A stretch of DNA of 64,000 bases from Octopus vulgaris (Eukaryota): the NCBI GenBank assembly GCA_951406725.2, contig OX597842.1, forward strand, positions 31,434,001-31,498,000. The letters run 5' to 3'. Shown here in pieces: positions 53,243-64,000 of this stretch; within the stretch, counting starts at the first letter, position 1; every line of letters begins with the position of its first letter. The position numbers and the translations under genes were made by a program. Below the pieces are notes generated by a model. It saw only the letters and a list, made by a program, of their open reading frames with translations. It was not told the DNA's origin and searched no databases.

Positions 53243-53590
53243 GACACAGGAGTGGGTGTGTGGTAAGTAGCTTGCTTACCAATCGCATGGTTCTGGGTTC
53301 AATCACACTACATGGCTCCTAGGGCAAGTGAGTGGATTTGGTAGAAGGAAACTGAAAGAAGCCCATCGTATATATATATGTGTGTGTATGTATGTGTTTG
53401 TCCCCCCACCCCACCATCACTTTACAACCGTTGTTGGTGTGTTTACGTCCCCGTAGCTAAGCAGTTCAGTAAAAAGAGACCAATAGAATAAGTACTCGGC
53501 TTACAAAGAATAAGTCCTGTGGTCAATTTATTCGACTAAAGGCGGTGCTCCAGCATGGCCGCAATCAAATGACTGAAACAAGTAAAAGAA
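53243..53590 (+). mobile_element. SINE family A, diverged
   Basis: Homology to family A. Confidence 0.8.
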
Positions 53591-53923
53591 TGGAAATAAG
53601 ATATGGAGATTTTTATTTACATTTATCTCGCTTTAGAAAAAAACAAACAATACTTGCGTTGGTGGTGGTGGTGGTGGCGGTTGTGGTGGTGGTGGTTGTA
53701 GAGGTTGTGGTGGTTGTGGTGGTGGTGGTGGTGATTGTTGTGGAGGTTGTGGTGGTAGTTGTGTTTTATTGTTGTTTGTTGTTGTTATTAATTGTGTTTC
53801 CTTCTTCCTTAATTTCTATATTTGAACTGAAAACAAAGACATAGAGGCCGCACGTGTGTGTACCTGCATACACATACACACACACACAAATATATACACA
53901 CACATATATACATATATATATAC

Positions 53924-53954
<31 letters not shown>

Positions 53955-53986
53955 CTTATGCATATATATATATATATGTATATAAG

Positions 53987-54018
<32 letters not shown>

Positions 54019-54038
54019 TATTTGTATGTGTATATATG

Positions 54039-54082
<44 letters not shown>

Positions 54083-54189
54083 TATTTGTACATATACATG
54101 TATGTATACATACACAGCAATCTTTAGTATACATAGACACCTACACACATCAATTTAGGTTTGCATAAATGCATTTATATATGTGTATT

Positions 54190-54222
<33 letters not shown>

Positions 54223-54375
54223 ACAGATTTATGCACACACACACACATAATTACATATATGCTTCCATTTATGCTAACTATATAGAATACATACATAAAA
54301 CATGTATGCATAGGTGTATAATTAATTTAACATAGTGATTTTATACGTGAACATACACAATATACACACAATCAA

Positions 54376-54418
<43 letters not shown>

Positions 54419-54424
54419 GTCAAG

Positions 54425-54456
<32 letters not shown>

Positions 54457-54461
54457 ATCAA

Positions 54462-54505
<44 letters not shown>

Positions 54506-54957
54506 GTGTGTACAAGTATGGGTATATACACATGTGTGTATGTATGTGTGTGAGTGTATAAGATTCAGAGGCGAGCTGGAGTGTATCCAAAGAATGTATA
54601 TATTTGTCTTTTCGCGTATAAACTCAAATATTTATGATTAAAGCTTAAATAACAATGTCCCTGTTTGTATATATTTACATATGTATATATTGTATATACA
54701 CACCTACGTACAAGCACAGACATATATATATACTTTTGTGTGTGCATATACAGTTGCGTACATACATATGTATTTGTGAGTGTGTACATACACACCTGCA
54801 TACATACATAATCCATCCATATGTGTCTATGTATATACACATCAACACACACTCATATATATATGCTTGTATATGTCTGTTTGTGTATGAATAAAAATAC
54901 ATTTATACATATATAGATCTATGTGAGTATATATGTATATATGTGTATATATATATA

Positions 54958-54998
<41 letters not shown>

Positions 54999-55094
54999 AT
55001 ACATATATATATATATATATATCTGTGTCTGTATATAGACACATAGATGCATACACACAGATATATGCATATATATATATATACACATACAAAC

Positions 55095-55125
<31 letters not shown>

Positions 55126-55241
55126 ATCCAAACAAGAATGCACAAAAAAATACAACAACGCAAGGACATGGAACAAATATAGTATTATATATATATGGAT
55201 GTATGTATGTATGTATGTATGTATATATGTATGTATGTATG

Positions 55242-55273
<32 letters not shown>

Positions 55274-55296
55274 TATGTATGTATGTATGTATGTAG

Positions 55297-55346
<50 letters not shown>

Positions 55347-55470
55347 GCGTGTGTGTGTTCACTGTCAATACAATTCTAAATAATAGAGTTGTCCTGTATT
55401 GAATCCTGTATTTACTGAATATTTTCTATTTACCTTTTCTCTTAGGTGTTTCTATCTCACACTATAAATA

Positions 55471-55520
<50 letters not shown>

Positions 55521-55637
55521 CACACACACATACATGTGTGTATTTATGCATATACATACATGCATATATGCGTATATGTGTGTGTGTATTATCATCATCA
55601 TTGTCATCATTTAACGTCTGCTTATGCATATATATAT

Positions 55638-55671
<34 letters not shown>

Positions 55672-55786
55672 ATATTTATGTGTGTATACATATATCTCTC
55701 TCTATGGGGGAGGCACAGGTATGCTTTGTACTTTTAGCATAGCTTCTTTCTCGCTCTATACTCTTTTACTTGTTTCAGTCATTTGA

Positions 55787-56300
55787 CTATAGCTACTAAC
55801 TCCTGTACTATACATTAGATAATGTAGTCCTAGATAGACTAGGCCTGAATTATAGATGGGATGGTCACAGCTGGAACATCTTTGATCATAGGCCTGTCTG
55901 GATCAGGACTGACCTAGGGCTAAGCAACAACTGTAGCTACTAACTCCTGTACTATACATTAGATAATGTAGTCCTAGATAGACTATGTCTTAATAAAAGA
56001 TGGGATGGTCACAGGTGGAGCGTCTTTGATCATGGGTCAGTTTGGATCAGGACTGACCTGGGGCTAAGCAACAACTATAGCTACTAACTCCTGTACTATA
56101 CATTAGATAATGTAGTCCTAGATAGACTATGCCTGAATAAAAGATGGGGTGGTCACAGGTGGAGCGTCTTTGATCATGGGTCTGTCTGGAACAGGTCTGA
56201 CCTCGGGTTAAACAACTATAGCCACTGATCCTAACTACTATACTATACATTAGAGAATGTAGTCCTAGATACGCTGTGTCTAACCAGATGTGATGGCCAT
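55787..56300. repeat. Tandem array of about 143-bp unit (array 4)
   Basis: Units at 55787, 55931, 56074, 56216; same orientation as array 1. Confidence 0.88.
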
Positions 56301-56649
56301 GGATGGAATCTCTGTGTCTCCTACTAATTTCTCTTCATATTTTTTAATACACCAAATTACAAAACATTTATATTGTTCGTTCCAGTCCGAATCAAAATCA
56401 TTTCTTCCCCTTTTTTTCTCCCCCTTTTGCCAGTCAGGTCACTGGTCACGCTTTCGTATTAAACGAAGCCAAGAGGTTTGTGGCGAGCAATCATTTAGAC
56501 GAAACGGTTCTGATGAAACTACAAAACGATGGAGGAAAGCAACACAAAAAAAAAAGATTAAAATATATAAAACAACAGCAACAACAACAATACCAAACTC
56601 CGAACAATTATGGTTTTGTTCCGAAAAAATATTTTAACGTCTCAAATTT

Positions 56650-57640
56650 CAATGTTGCTGATGTTGTTGTTGTTGCTGATGTTGTTGTTGTTGATGATGA
56701 TGATGATGATAATGATGTTGTTGGTGGTGGTGGTGATAATGATAATGATGTTGTTGTTGGTGGTGGTGGTGATGATGATGATGATGATGATAATGATGTT
56801 GTTGGTGGTGATGATGATGTTGTTGTTGTTGTTGCTGTGAATGGTGAGTGGTAGGGACGGGCAGGTGGGTTTGTAGCATGGCGTGTGTGTGTGTGTGTGT
56901 GTGGAGAAAGCGTGGTGGCGTTGGTGTTGGTCAGGCTGATGATGATGATGATGGTGGTAGTGGTGGTGGTGGTTGTGTTGTTGTTGTTGGTAGTGGTTGT
57001 GGCAGTGGTGGTGTGGTGGTGGTGTTGGTGTTGGTACTGATGGTGATGGTGGGGCTACTGTGGATGCGGCTGTGGCTGGTCATCGTCGTGGTGGTGGTGG
57101 TGCTGGTAGTGGTGGTGTTGGGTGTGGTAAGGCTGATGGTGGTGGCAATGTTGTTGATGTGAAGGTGCCAGAAGGGGTACTGGTGGTTGTTGAGTGGTGG
57201 TGCTACAGGGGCTGGGGCTGGTTGTGGTGGGGGTGGGGGTGGTGGGGTGGGGGGTTGATGGGGCTGCTGCTCATTGTAGTGGTGGTTGTTGTTGTGCTGC
57301 TGCTGCAGGTTGTGGTGGTGGTGGTGGTGGTACTGCTGGTGCTGGTTGTGTTGTTGTTGGTAGTGGTTGTGGCAGTGGTGGTGGTGTTGGTGTTGGTACT
57401 GTGGATGTGGCTGTGGCTGGTCATGGTGCTGGTGGTAGTTGTAGTGGTGGTAGTGGTGGTGGTGGTGGTAGTGATGGTGGTGGTGGTGGTGGTTGTGGTG
57501 GTGGTGGGGATGGTGGTCGTGGTGGTAGTGCTGGTGGTGATGGTGGTGGTGGTGGTTCCGCTGCTGCTGCTGGGGCTGGTTGTGGTGGTGGTAGTGGTGG
57601 TGGTGGTGATTGAGGTTGTGCTGGTGGTGGTGGTGGTTGC
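56650..57640. repeat. Degenerate (GGT/GAT/GTT)n tract
   Basis: Trinucleotide mosaic with internal duplications. Confidence 0.9.
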
Positions 57641-58700
57641 AGATTGAATGAACAAAACTGAACAAGAGAGATTTGTTGTGGTTCACTCAAGGATGGAACT
57701 GCGAATATTGATTACAATTGCCGGATATACACACACACACACGTGTGTGTGTGTGGCCATCTAGATATATATATATAAGGATACATACATATATATGTGT
57801 GTGTGTGTGTGTGTGGATGTTTATGCATAGATGTGCTTGCGTGTGTGTGTGTGTTTGGGTGTGTGTATATGTGTGCATCTGTGAATGAGGGTATATGTAT
57901 AGATGTGTGTGTGTGTGCGTATATGTATATATGTGTGTGCATTTGTTTACATGTATGTATATATGTGCATGTCTATGTATGTATATATATATAAGTGTAT
58001 GTATGTGTGTATGCAGGCGTGTGTATATGTGTTTGTGTGTGGGTATATATTTATAGTTGTGTGTGTGTGTGCATTTTGTGTGTAAAATATATAAATGCGT
58101 GTGTTTGTGTATGTATATATATGTGTGTGTGTGTGTGTATGTTTGTATTTGTGTATGCATATATATGGGTGAGAGTAACTGTTTTTACATGTGTGTGTGT
58201 GTGTGTTGATATCAATGTGTGTGTTCATGCAAATTTGTGTATGTGTATGTAGGTTTGAGTGTGTATGGATATGTGTATCTGTATATTTACACTTATCAAT
58301 GCATGTGTATGTATATTTATGTGTGTGTATATATGTGGGTGAGTCTATATATATGTGTGTGTGTATACTTTGTAGTTATGTGTAGGTGTTGGCAAATGTA
58401 TATGTAAGAACAAGGATAGACATATACACACAAATATGTAATATATGTGCATATAATACTTATATTTATATATATATATACACACACACACATATATATG
58501 CATATAAACACATGAATAAATACATATATGTATACATAATTTTATGAATGTATGTATATATATACATACACATATATATATGTACATACACATACACATG
58601 CACACACATATGTATACACATATGTGAACAAAGGCATATATATTCACATATACACACACATGAATAAATACATATATATAGATACACATAATTTTATGAA

Positions 58701-58742
<42 letters not shown>

Positions 58743-59366
58743 TACCCACACATACACATGCACACACACATACATATACACATGTAAACAAAGGCATATG
58801 TAAATATATTTATACATACACATACATGAATAAATACATATATATATGTAGATACATATACATAATTTCATATACATATATATATATGTGTGTATATATT
58901 TATATGTACATAAGCACACACATACACATATATATACACACATATATATATATATATATACATACGTGTATATATACACACACACACATACACTCGACAT
59001 GTACATCTCAAAAAATTACAATAATTACAAAGTCTAAAAAGTGAATATCTACACAAGAATTCTTCTTCTCCTACACAATGGACGTTGTAGTCGTTTTTCA
59101 GTTTAGTGTGTAAACAATCTCACCGATTCAGTCTTTGGTTTGTGAACAAGCTCGGTAATTCGCAGAATGGTTACCGTTGACAACCAACTGACTGAGTATA
59201 CCTAAATGCATGAATTGTGTTCGTCTCACAATGTCAGAACATCACGAAACCGAAAGAGTACAGTTGTGCAAAAAGGAAGAAAATTGCTGAAAATAATTGC
59301 TGGATTTTGCAATTAATTTTGATTATTACCAAAATTTATTTCCATGTTATAAAAATTGTTATTATA

Positions 59367-59780
59367 GGCCCAGGAGTGGCTGTGTGGTAAGTAGCTTGCT
59401 TACCAACCACATGGTTCTGGGTTCAATCCCACTGCGTGGCATCTTGGGCAAATGTCTTCTGCTATAGCCCCGGGCCGACCAATGCCTTGTGAGTGGATTT
59501 GGTAGACGGAAACTGAAAGAAGCCTGTCGTACATATGTATATATATATATGTATGTGTGTGTATGTCTGTGTGTCTGTGTTTGTCCCCCTAGCATTGCTT
59601 GACAACCGATGCTGGTGTGTTTATATCCCCATCACTTAGCAGTTCGGCAAAAGAGACCGATAGAATAAGTACTAGGCTTACAAAGAATAAGTCCCGGGGT
59701 CGATTTGCTCGACTAAAGGCGGTGCTCCAGCATGGCCGCAGTCAAATGACTGAAACAAGTAAAAGAGTAAAAGAGTAAAA
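59367..59780 (+). mobile_element. SINE family A, full length
   Basis: Homology to family A. Confidence 0.92.
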
Positions 59781-59951
59781 AAAGAGAGAGTTGGCTTTTA
59801 GATTATAAAAATTGTTATTTTACCGAAAAATTTGTCTGAAAAGATTCACCGTAAAGAATCGTAAAAATGAAAAGTTGGGAATCCAAGCTGGAATGATGTT
59901 CCTTTAAAAGATCTCTGGAGTTACATTACTTGACAGGGAGTCTCTCTAGAT

Positions 59952-60010
59952 CAGGGGTCACCAAACTTTTTTCATGGTGGGCCAGATAACTGAAAGAATG
60001 ATGAGTGGGG
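59952..60010 (+). mobile_element. Probable hAT (Charlie-type) terminal fragment
   Basis: CAGGGGTCACCAAACT end preceded by CTCTAGAT (NTCTAGAN target consensus); the other end was not found. Confidence 0.45.
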
Positions 60011-60069
60011 TCACTTAACCATTTTGTTTAATACAATACAGTGAATGCACAAAAAATAAAGACAACCAA

Positions 60070-60491
60070 CTCTTTACTCTTTACTCTTTACTCTTTTACT
60101 TGTTTCAGTCATTTGACTGCGGCCATGCTGGAGCACCGCCTTTAGTCGAACAACTCGACCCCGGGACTTATTCTTTGTAAGCCCAGTACTTATTCTATCG
60201 GTCTCTTTTGCCGAACCGCTAAGTGACTGGGACGTAAACACACCAGCATCGATTGTCAAGCAATGCTAGGGGGACAAACACAGACACACAAACACATACA
60301 CACACACATATATATACATACACATTTACGACGGGCTTCTTTCAGTTTCCGTCTACCAAATCCACTCACATGGCATTGGTCAGCCCGAGGCTATAGTAGA
60401 AGACACTTGCCCAAGATGCCACACAGTGGGACTGAACCCGGAACCATGTGGTTGGTTAGCAAGCTACTTACCACACAGCCACTCCTGCGCC
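60070..60491 (-). mobile_element. SINE family A, full length
   Basis: Homology to family A. Confidence 0.92.
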
Positions 60492-60670
60492 TATATATTG
60501 ACCAAAAAGTTATCAAAGAAGGCAAAGTTAGCAAAATGATTGTTATATCACTCCCAGTGCACACATATCCGCATCTCACAAACTGAGCATCAAAAAAGGT
60601 AAGATTTGTGAAACCAGTGTTTAGCTTTGAAGATGTCATCAATATTTGCTTTGGAATAAGACATTGAGTT

Positions 60671-60877
60671 GACAGGTGTGTTAGCATGCCAGGTGAAATG
60701 CTTAGCGGTATTTCATCTGTTTTTATGTTCTGAGTTCAAATTCCGCTGAGGTTGACTTTGCCTTTCATCCTTTCGGGGTCGATAAATCAAGTACCAGTTG
60801 CATACTGGGGTTGATCTAATCAACTGGCTCCCCTCCCCCAAAATTTTGGGACCTTGTGCTTAGAGTAGAAAAGAATA
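60671..60877 (+). mobile_element. SINE family D (Nin/Deu-like)
   Basis: GAGTTCAAATTCCGCTGAGGTTGACTTTGCCTTTCATCCTTTCGGGGTCGATAAATCAAGTACCAG. Confidence 0.78.
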
Positions 60878-61180
60878 TCTTTCTCTCTATAAAACACAGG
60901 GGCCAGTAAGGGGCTGGTAATGATCCCACTCGAATGGTGTCTTTTACGTGCCACTGGCACGGGGGCCAGATAGCCACTCTGGCAACGATTATGCTCGGAT
61001 GGTGCTCTTAATACCCTACTAGTACGGGGCTCGAGTGCCAGCAAGGCGACACCGGTAACGATCATGCTTGAATGGTGCCCTTTTACATGCCACTGGCCCG
61101 GAAGCCGGTTAGGTGCTCTGTCAATGATCACACTCGTATGGTGCTCTTTGCACATCGATTTTGATTTTGATTTTGATTTT

Positions 61181-62190
61181 AATAATAATAATAATAATAC
61201 TGAAATTATTGTATACAGTGCTCAGGTGCACCACAACTTGTCAGAAAGTGCATATAAAGTACATGCAGTAATGTAGAAATGTCTGGAAAGTGAACAATGT
61301 ATGAGTCAGATACATGCTTGTGTGTGTATGGAGGGGAGAAAGCTCAGGTGTGGTGTTGGCGAATCTCAGGAAGCATGGAAGTTTTCAAGGATGCAGTGCT
61401 CCGACAACTAACAACCGACGCAGGCAGTTTGTTCCATGCTTCAGCGTGTGTATGGAGGGGAGAAAGCTCAGGTGTGGTGTTAGCGAATCTCAGGAAGCAT
61501 GGAAGTTTTGAAGGATGCAGTGCTCCGACAACTAACAACCGATGCTGGCAGTTTGTTCCATGCTTCAGCGTGTGTATGGAGGGGAGAAAGCTCAGGTGTG
61601 GTGTTAGCGAATCTCAGGAAGCATGGAAGTTTTGAAGGATGCAGTACTCCGACAACTAACAACTGATGCCGGCAGTTTGTTCCATGCTTCAGCGTGTGTA
61701 TGGAGGGGAGAAAGCTCAGGTGTAGTGTTGGCGAATCTCAGGAAGCATGGAAGTTTTGAAGGATGCAGTGCTCCGACAACTAACAACCGATGCTGGCAGT
61801 TTGTTCCATGCTTCAGCGTGTGTATGGAGGGGAGAAAGCTCAGGTGTGGTGTTAGCGAATCTCAGGAAGCATGGAAGTTTTGAAGGATGCAGTACTCCGA
61901 CAACTAACAACTGATGCCGGCAGTTTGTTCCATGCTTCAGCGTGTGTATGGAGGGGAGAAAGCTCAGGTGTAGTGTTGGCGAATCTCAGGAAGCATGGAA
62001 GTTTTGAAGGATGCAGTGCTCCGACAACTAACAACCGATGCCGGCAGTTTGTTCCATGCTTCAGCAACTCTCAGTGCGAAAAAATGTTTCCTAAAGTCAT
62101 GGGAGCTGTGCTGTTTTCTGACTTTGTAAATATGTCCACAGGTGTTAGATGGGTGGAGTTTGAAAAGGTGCTGAGAGTTATTGTTTGATT
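61181..62190 (-). mobile_element. CR1-like LINE 3' fragment with internal tandem amplification
   Basis: Minus strand NTCGHIYKVRKQHSSHDFRKHFFALRVAEAWNKLPASVVSCRSTASFK, the CR1 C-terminal pattern (TRGH..K...R..FFS.RV...WN.LP..VV...S...FK); (ATT)n tail. Confidence 0.82.
61322..62065. repeat. 6 x 124-bp tandem repeat
   Basis: Units start at 61322, 61446, 61570, 61694, 61818, 61942. Confidence 0.95.
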
Positions 62191-62320
62191 ATCCCTTGGA
62201 CACAGCTTGGCACCAATGACGTCACAGCTCAAGAACACAACACACAGCCCGGTCCAGGAATCGAACTCTCTACCTCATGATTGTAAGCCTGACGCTCTAA
62301 CCCCTGGGCCACGTGCCTTC
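62190..62320 (-). mobile_element. SINE family E fragment
   Basis: Reverse complement of the 39398 head with an internal deletion. Confidence 0.7.
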
Positions 62321-62953
62321 ACCGTGAACATTAACAAGGATGCGAAATTGTATGAGAAACAAAACGTTTTGAGGAGAGAATGCCATAAATGGAAGAGCAT
62401 ATGGCAATAGATGAAGAGAGCTGTGTGGATCGTTGCAACACTTAAATAATAAAATTACCTCCATTAGTTTAACCCTCGGCCATCGCTCCTTTCTGCTCCC
62501 CCGTCTCTGGTTTTTTTGGGGTTTTTTTTTTTTGTAACTCTGGTCCTTTTCTATTCTCTGAAGTTAATAAAATTAATATGAGATAAATTATAGGTTTACG
62601 CATAATCGATTTGGAAAGAAGCAGTAAATGTGTTTTGCTCCAGCCTGGCCGTTGTTCGCTGACTGCAAAAAAAAAAAAAAACAGTGGGAAAGATTAGAGG
62701 AATCGAATTATTATTTTCGTTTTGTTATTTATCGATGTTTTTATGTGTGTTTTTTTGTTTGTTGTTTGTCGGTTTTTGTTTATTGGAAAATTTGCTTTTG
62801 AAAGAAGATGAAAACCAAATCTACATCAACAACAATAACAATAACAAAGCTGCGTTAAAACGCATGGATGTGGTGGTGGGGGAGGGAGAAGATGATGCAA
62901 GAATGGTCCTTATACACACACACACACGCATGCATATTTATACACTCATATCT

Positions 62954-63171
62954 ATACATATTTATACACTCACACCCACATTTCTATATACATACATATA
63001 TAAACACACATATAGGTACATACAAGCACGCATACATGAACACACACACACACACACACGCATGCATCCGCGTGTGTGTGTGTGTTCATGTATGCGTGCT
63101 TGTATGTACCTATATGTGTGTTTATATATGTATGTATATAGAAATGTGGGTGTGAGTGTATAAATATGTAT
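62954..63171. repeat. Near-perfect long palindrome in low-complexity DNA
   Basis: Arms of about 100 bp, identical apart from CA-run length, with a short spacer near 63060-63070. Confidence 0.9.
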
Positions 63172-63459
63172 GTGTGCATGATGAGCGTGTATGTGTATTT
63201 GTCTGTACATATATGTATCTGTACATGTATGTACACATATGTGTGTGTATATATGTATATATATGTGTGTGTGTGTGTGTATGTATGAAACACACATACA
63301 CACCGCACATATACTTAAATATACAAATATATACACATATATGTGTGTGTATATATTTACATATATACACACGTATGTAAATCTATAATACATACACATA
63401 ATTATACATGCATATAAAATTCTTATCTCCCTCTCTCTCTCTCTTCTCTCTCTCTCTCG

Positions 63460-63499
<40 letters not shown>

Positions 63500-64000
63500 A
63501 TATAAATATATATATATACACACACACACATATATATATATATATTTGTATAAATATGTGTATAATTATACATATATAAAATTCTCTCTCCCTCTCTGTA
63601 TATATACACATATATATATATATATATATATGCATCTGTATATGTATGTATAAATGTGTGTGTGTGTGTATATATATATGTATATGTATGTATAAATATA
63701 TGTGTGTATGTATATATATATGTATATATATATATACACGCTGTGGTGAGTATAGAAATAGAAGGATGTATTTGGTCCAATCAGTTTAAACACCATTTGG
63801 GGGTTTTCTCATTGGTGGTGGTCATGGTGGTAGTGGTAGTACAGGCGTGGTATTGTTGTGGTCTGTTGGTGATGGTTTTTTGATTGCATTGTAGGTATAG
63901 TGTTATCATAGTAGTATGGTAGCAGTGGCCGTGGATGGAGTGGCGGTGTTGTAAGGCTAGTGTGAAGACCTTATGGTGGTGGCTTTGGTTTAATGGTATG

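Noticed and set aside
55446-55470. Strong acceptor-like TTTTCTCTTAG/G
   Set aside because: Followed within 25 nt by microsatellite; no coding signal or donor
56496-56525. GAAA...CTGATGA permuted hammerhead candidate
   Set aside because: No room for stem I

Overview
AT-rich animal genomic DNA, most likely intergenic or intronic. The SINE families and the very high microsatellite load resemble cephalopod (Octopus-like) genomes; this is an inference. I could not support any host protein-coding exon, and nearly all listed ORFs are translations of (TA)n/(CA)n/(ATC)n/(GGT)n tracts. The window is a mosaic of: about 25 copies of one tRNA-derived SINE with a central microsatellite (family A); a (GAT)n-tailed retroposon (family B); Nin/Deu-like and Meta-like SINEs; RTE and CR1 LINE 3' fragments; mariner/Tc1 remnants and MITEs; a Helitron nested in a mariner; and several mini- and microsatellites. 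The strongest unexplained signal is a set of short non-coding elements, mostly inserted in (TA)n tracts and often built as inverted repeats. They carry minimal type-I hammerhead ribozyme motifs with palindromic, dimer-dependent stem III, the architecture known from Penelope-like elements and retrozymes. About eight such loci from several unrelated sequence families occur in 64 kb, and two have a compensatory U3-A8 core. Repeat boundaries were read by eye and are approximate.
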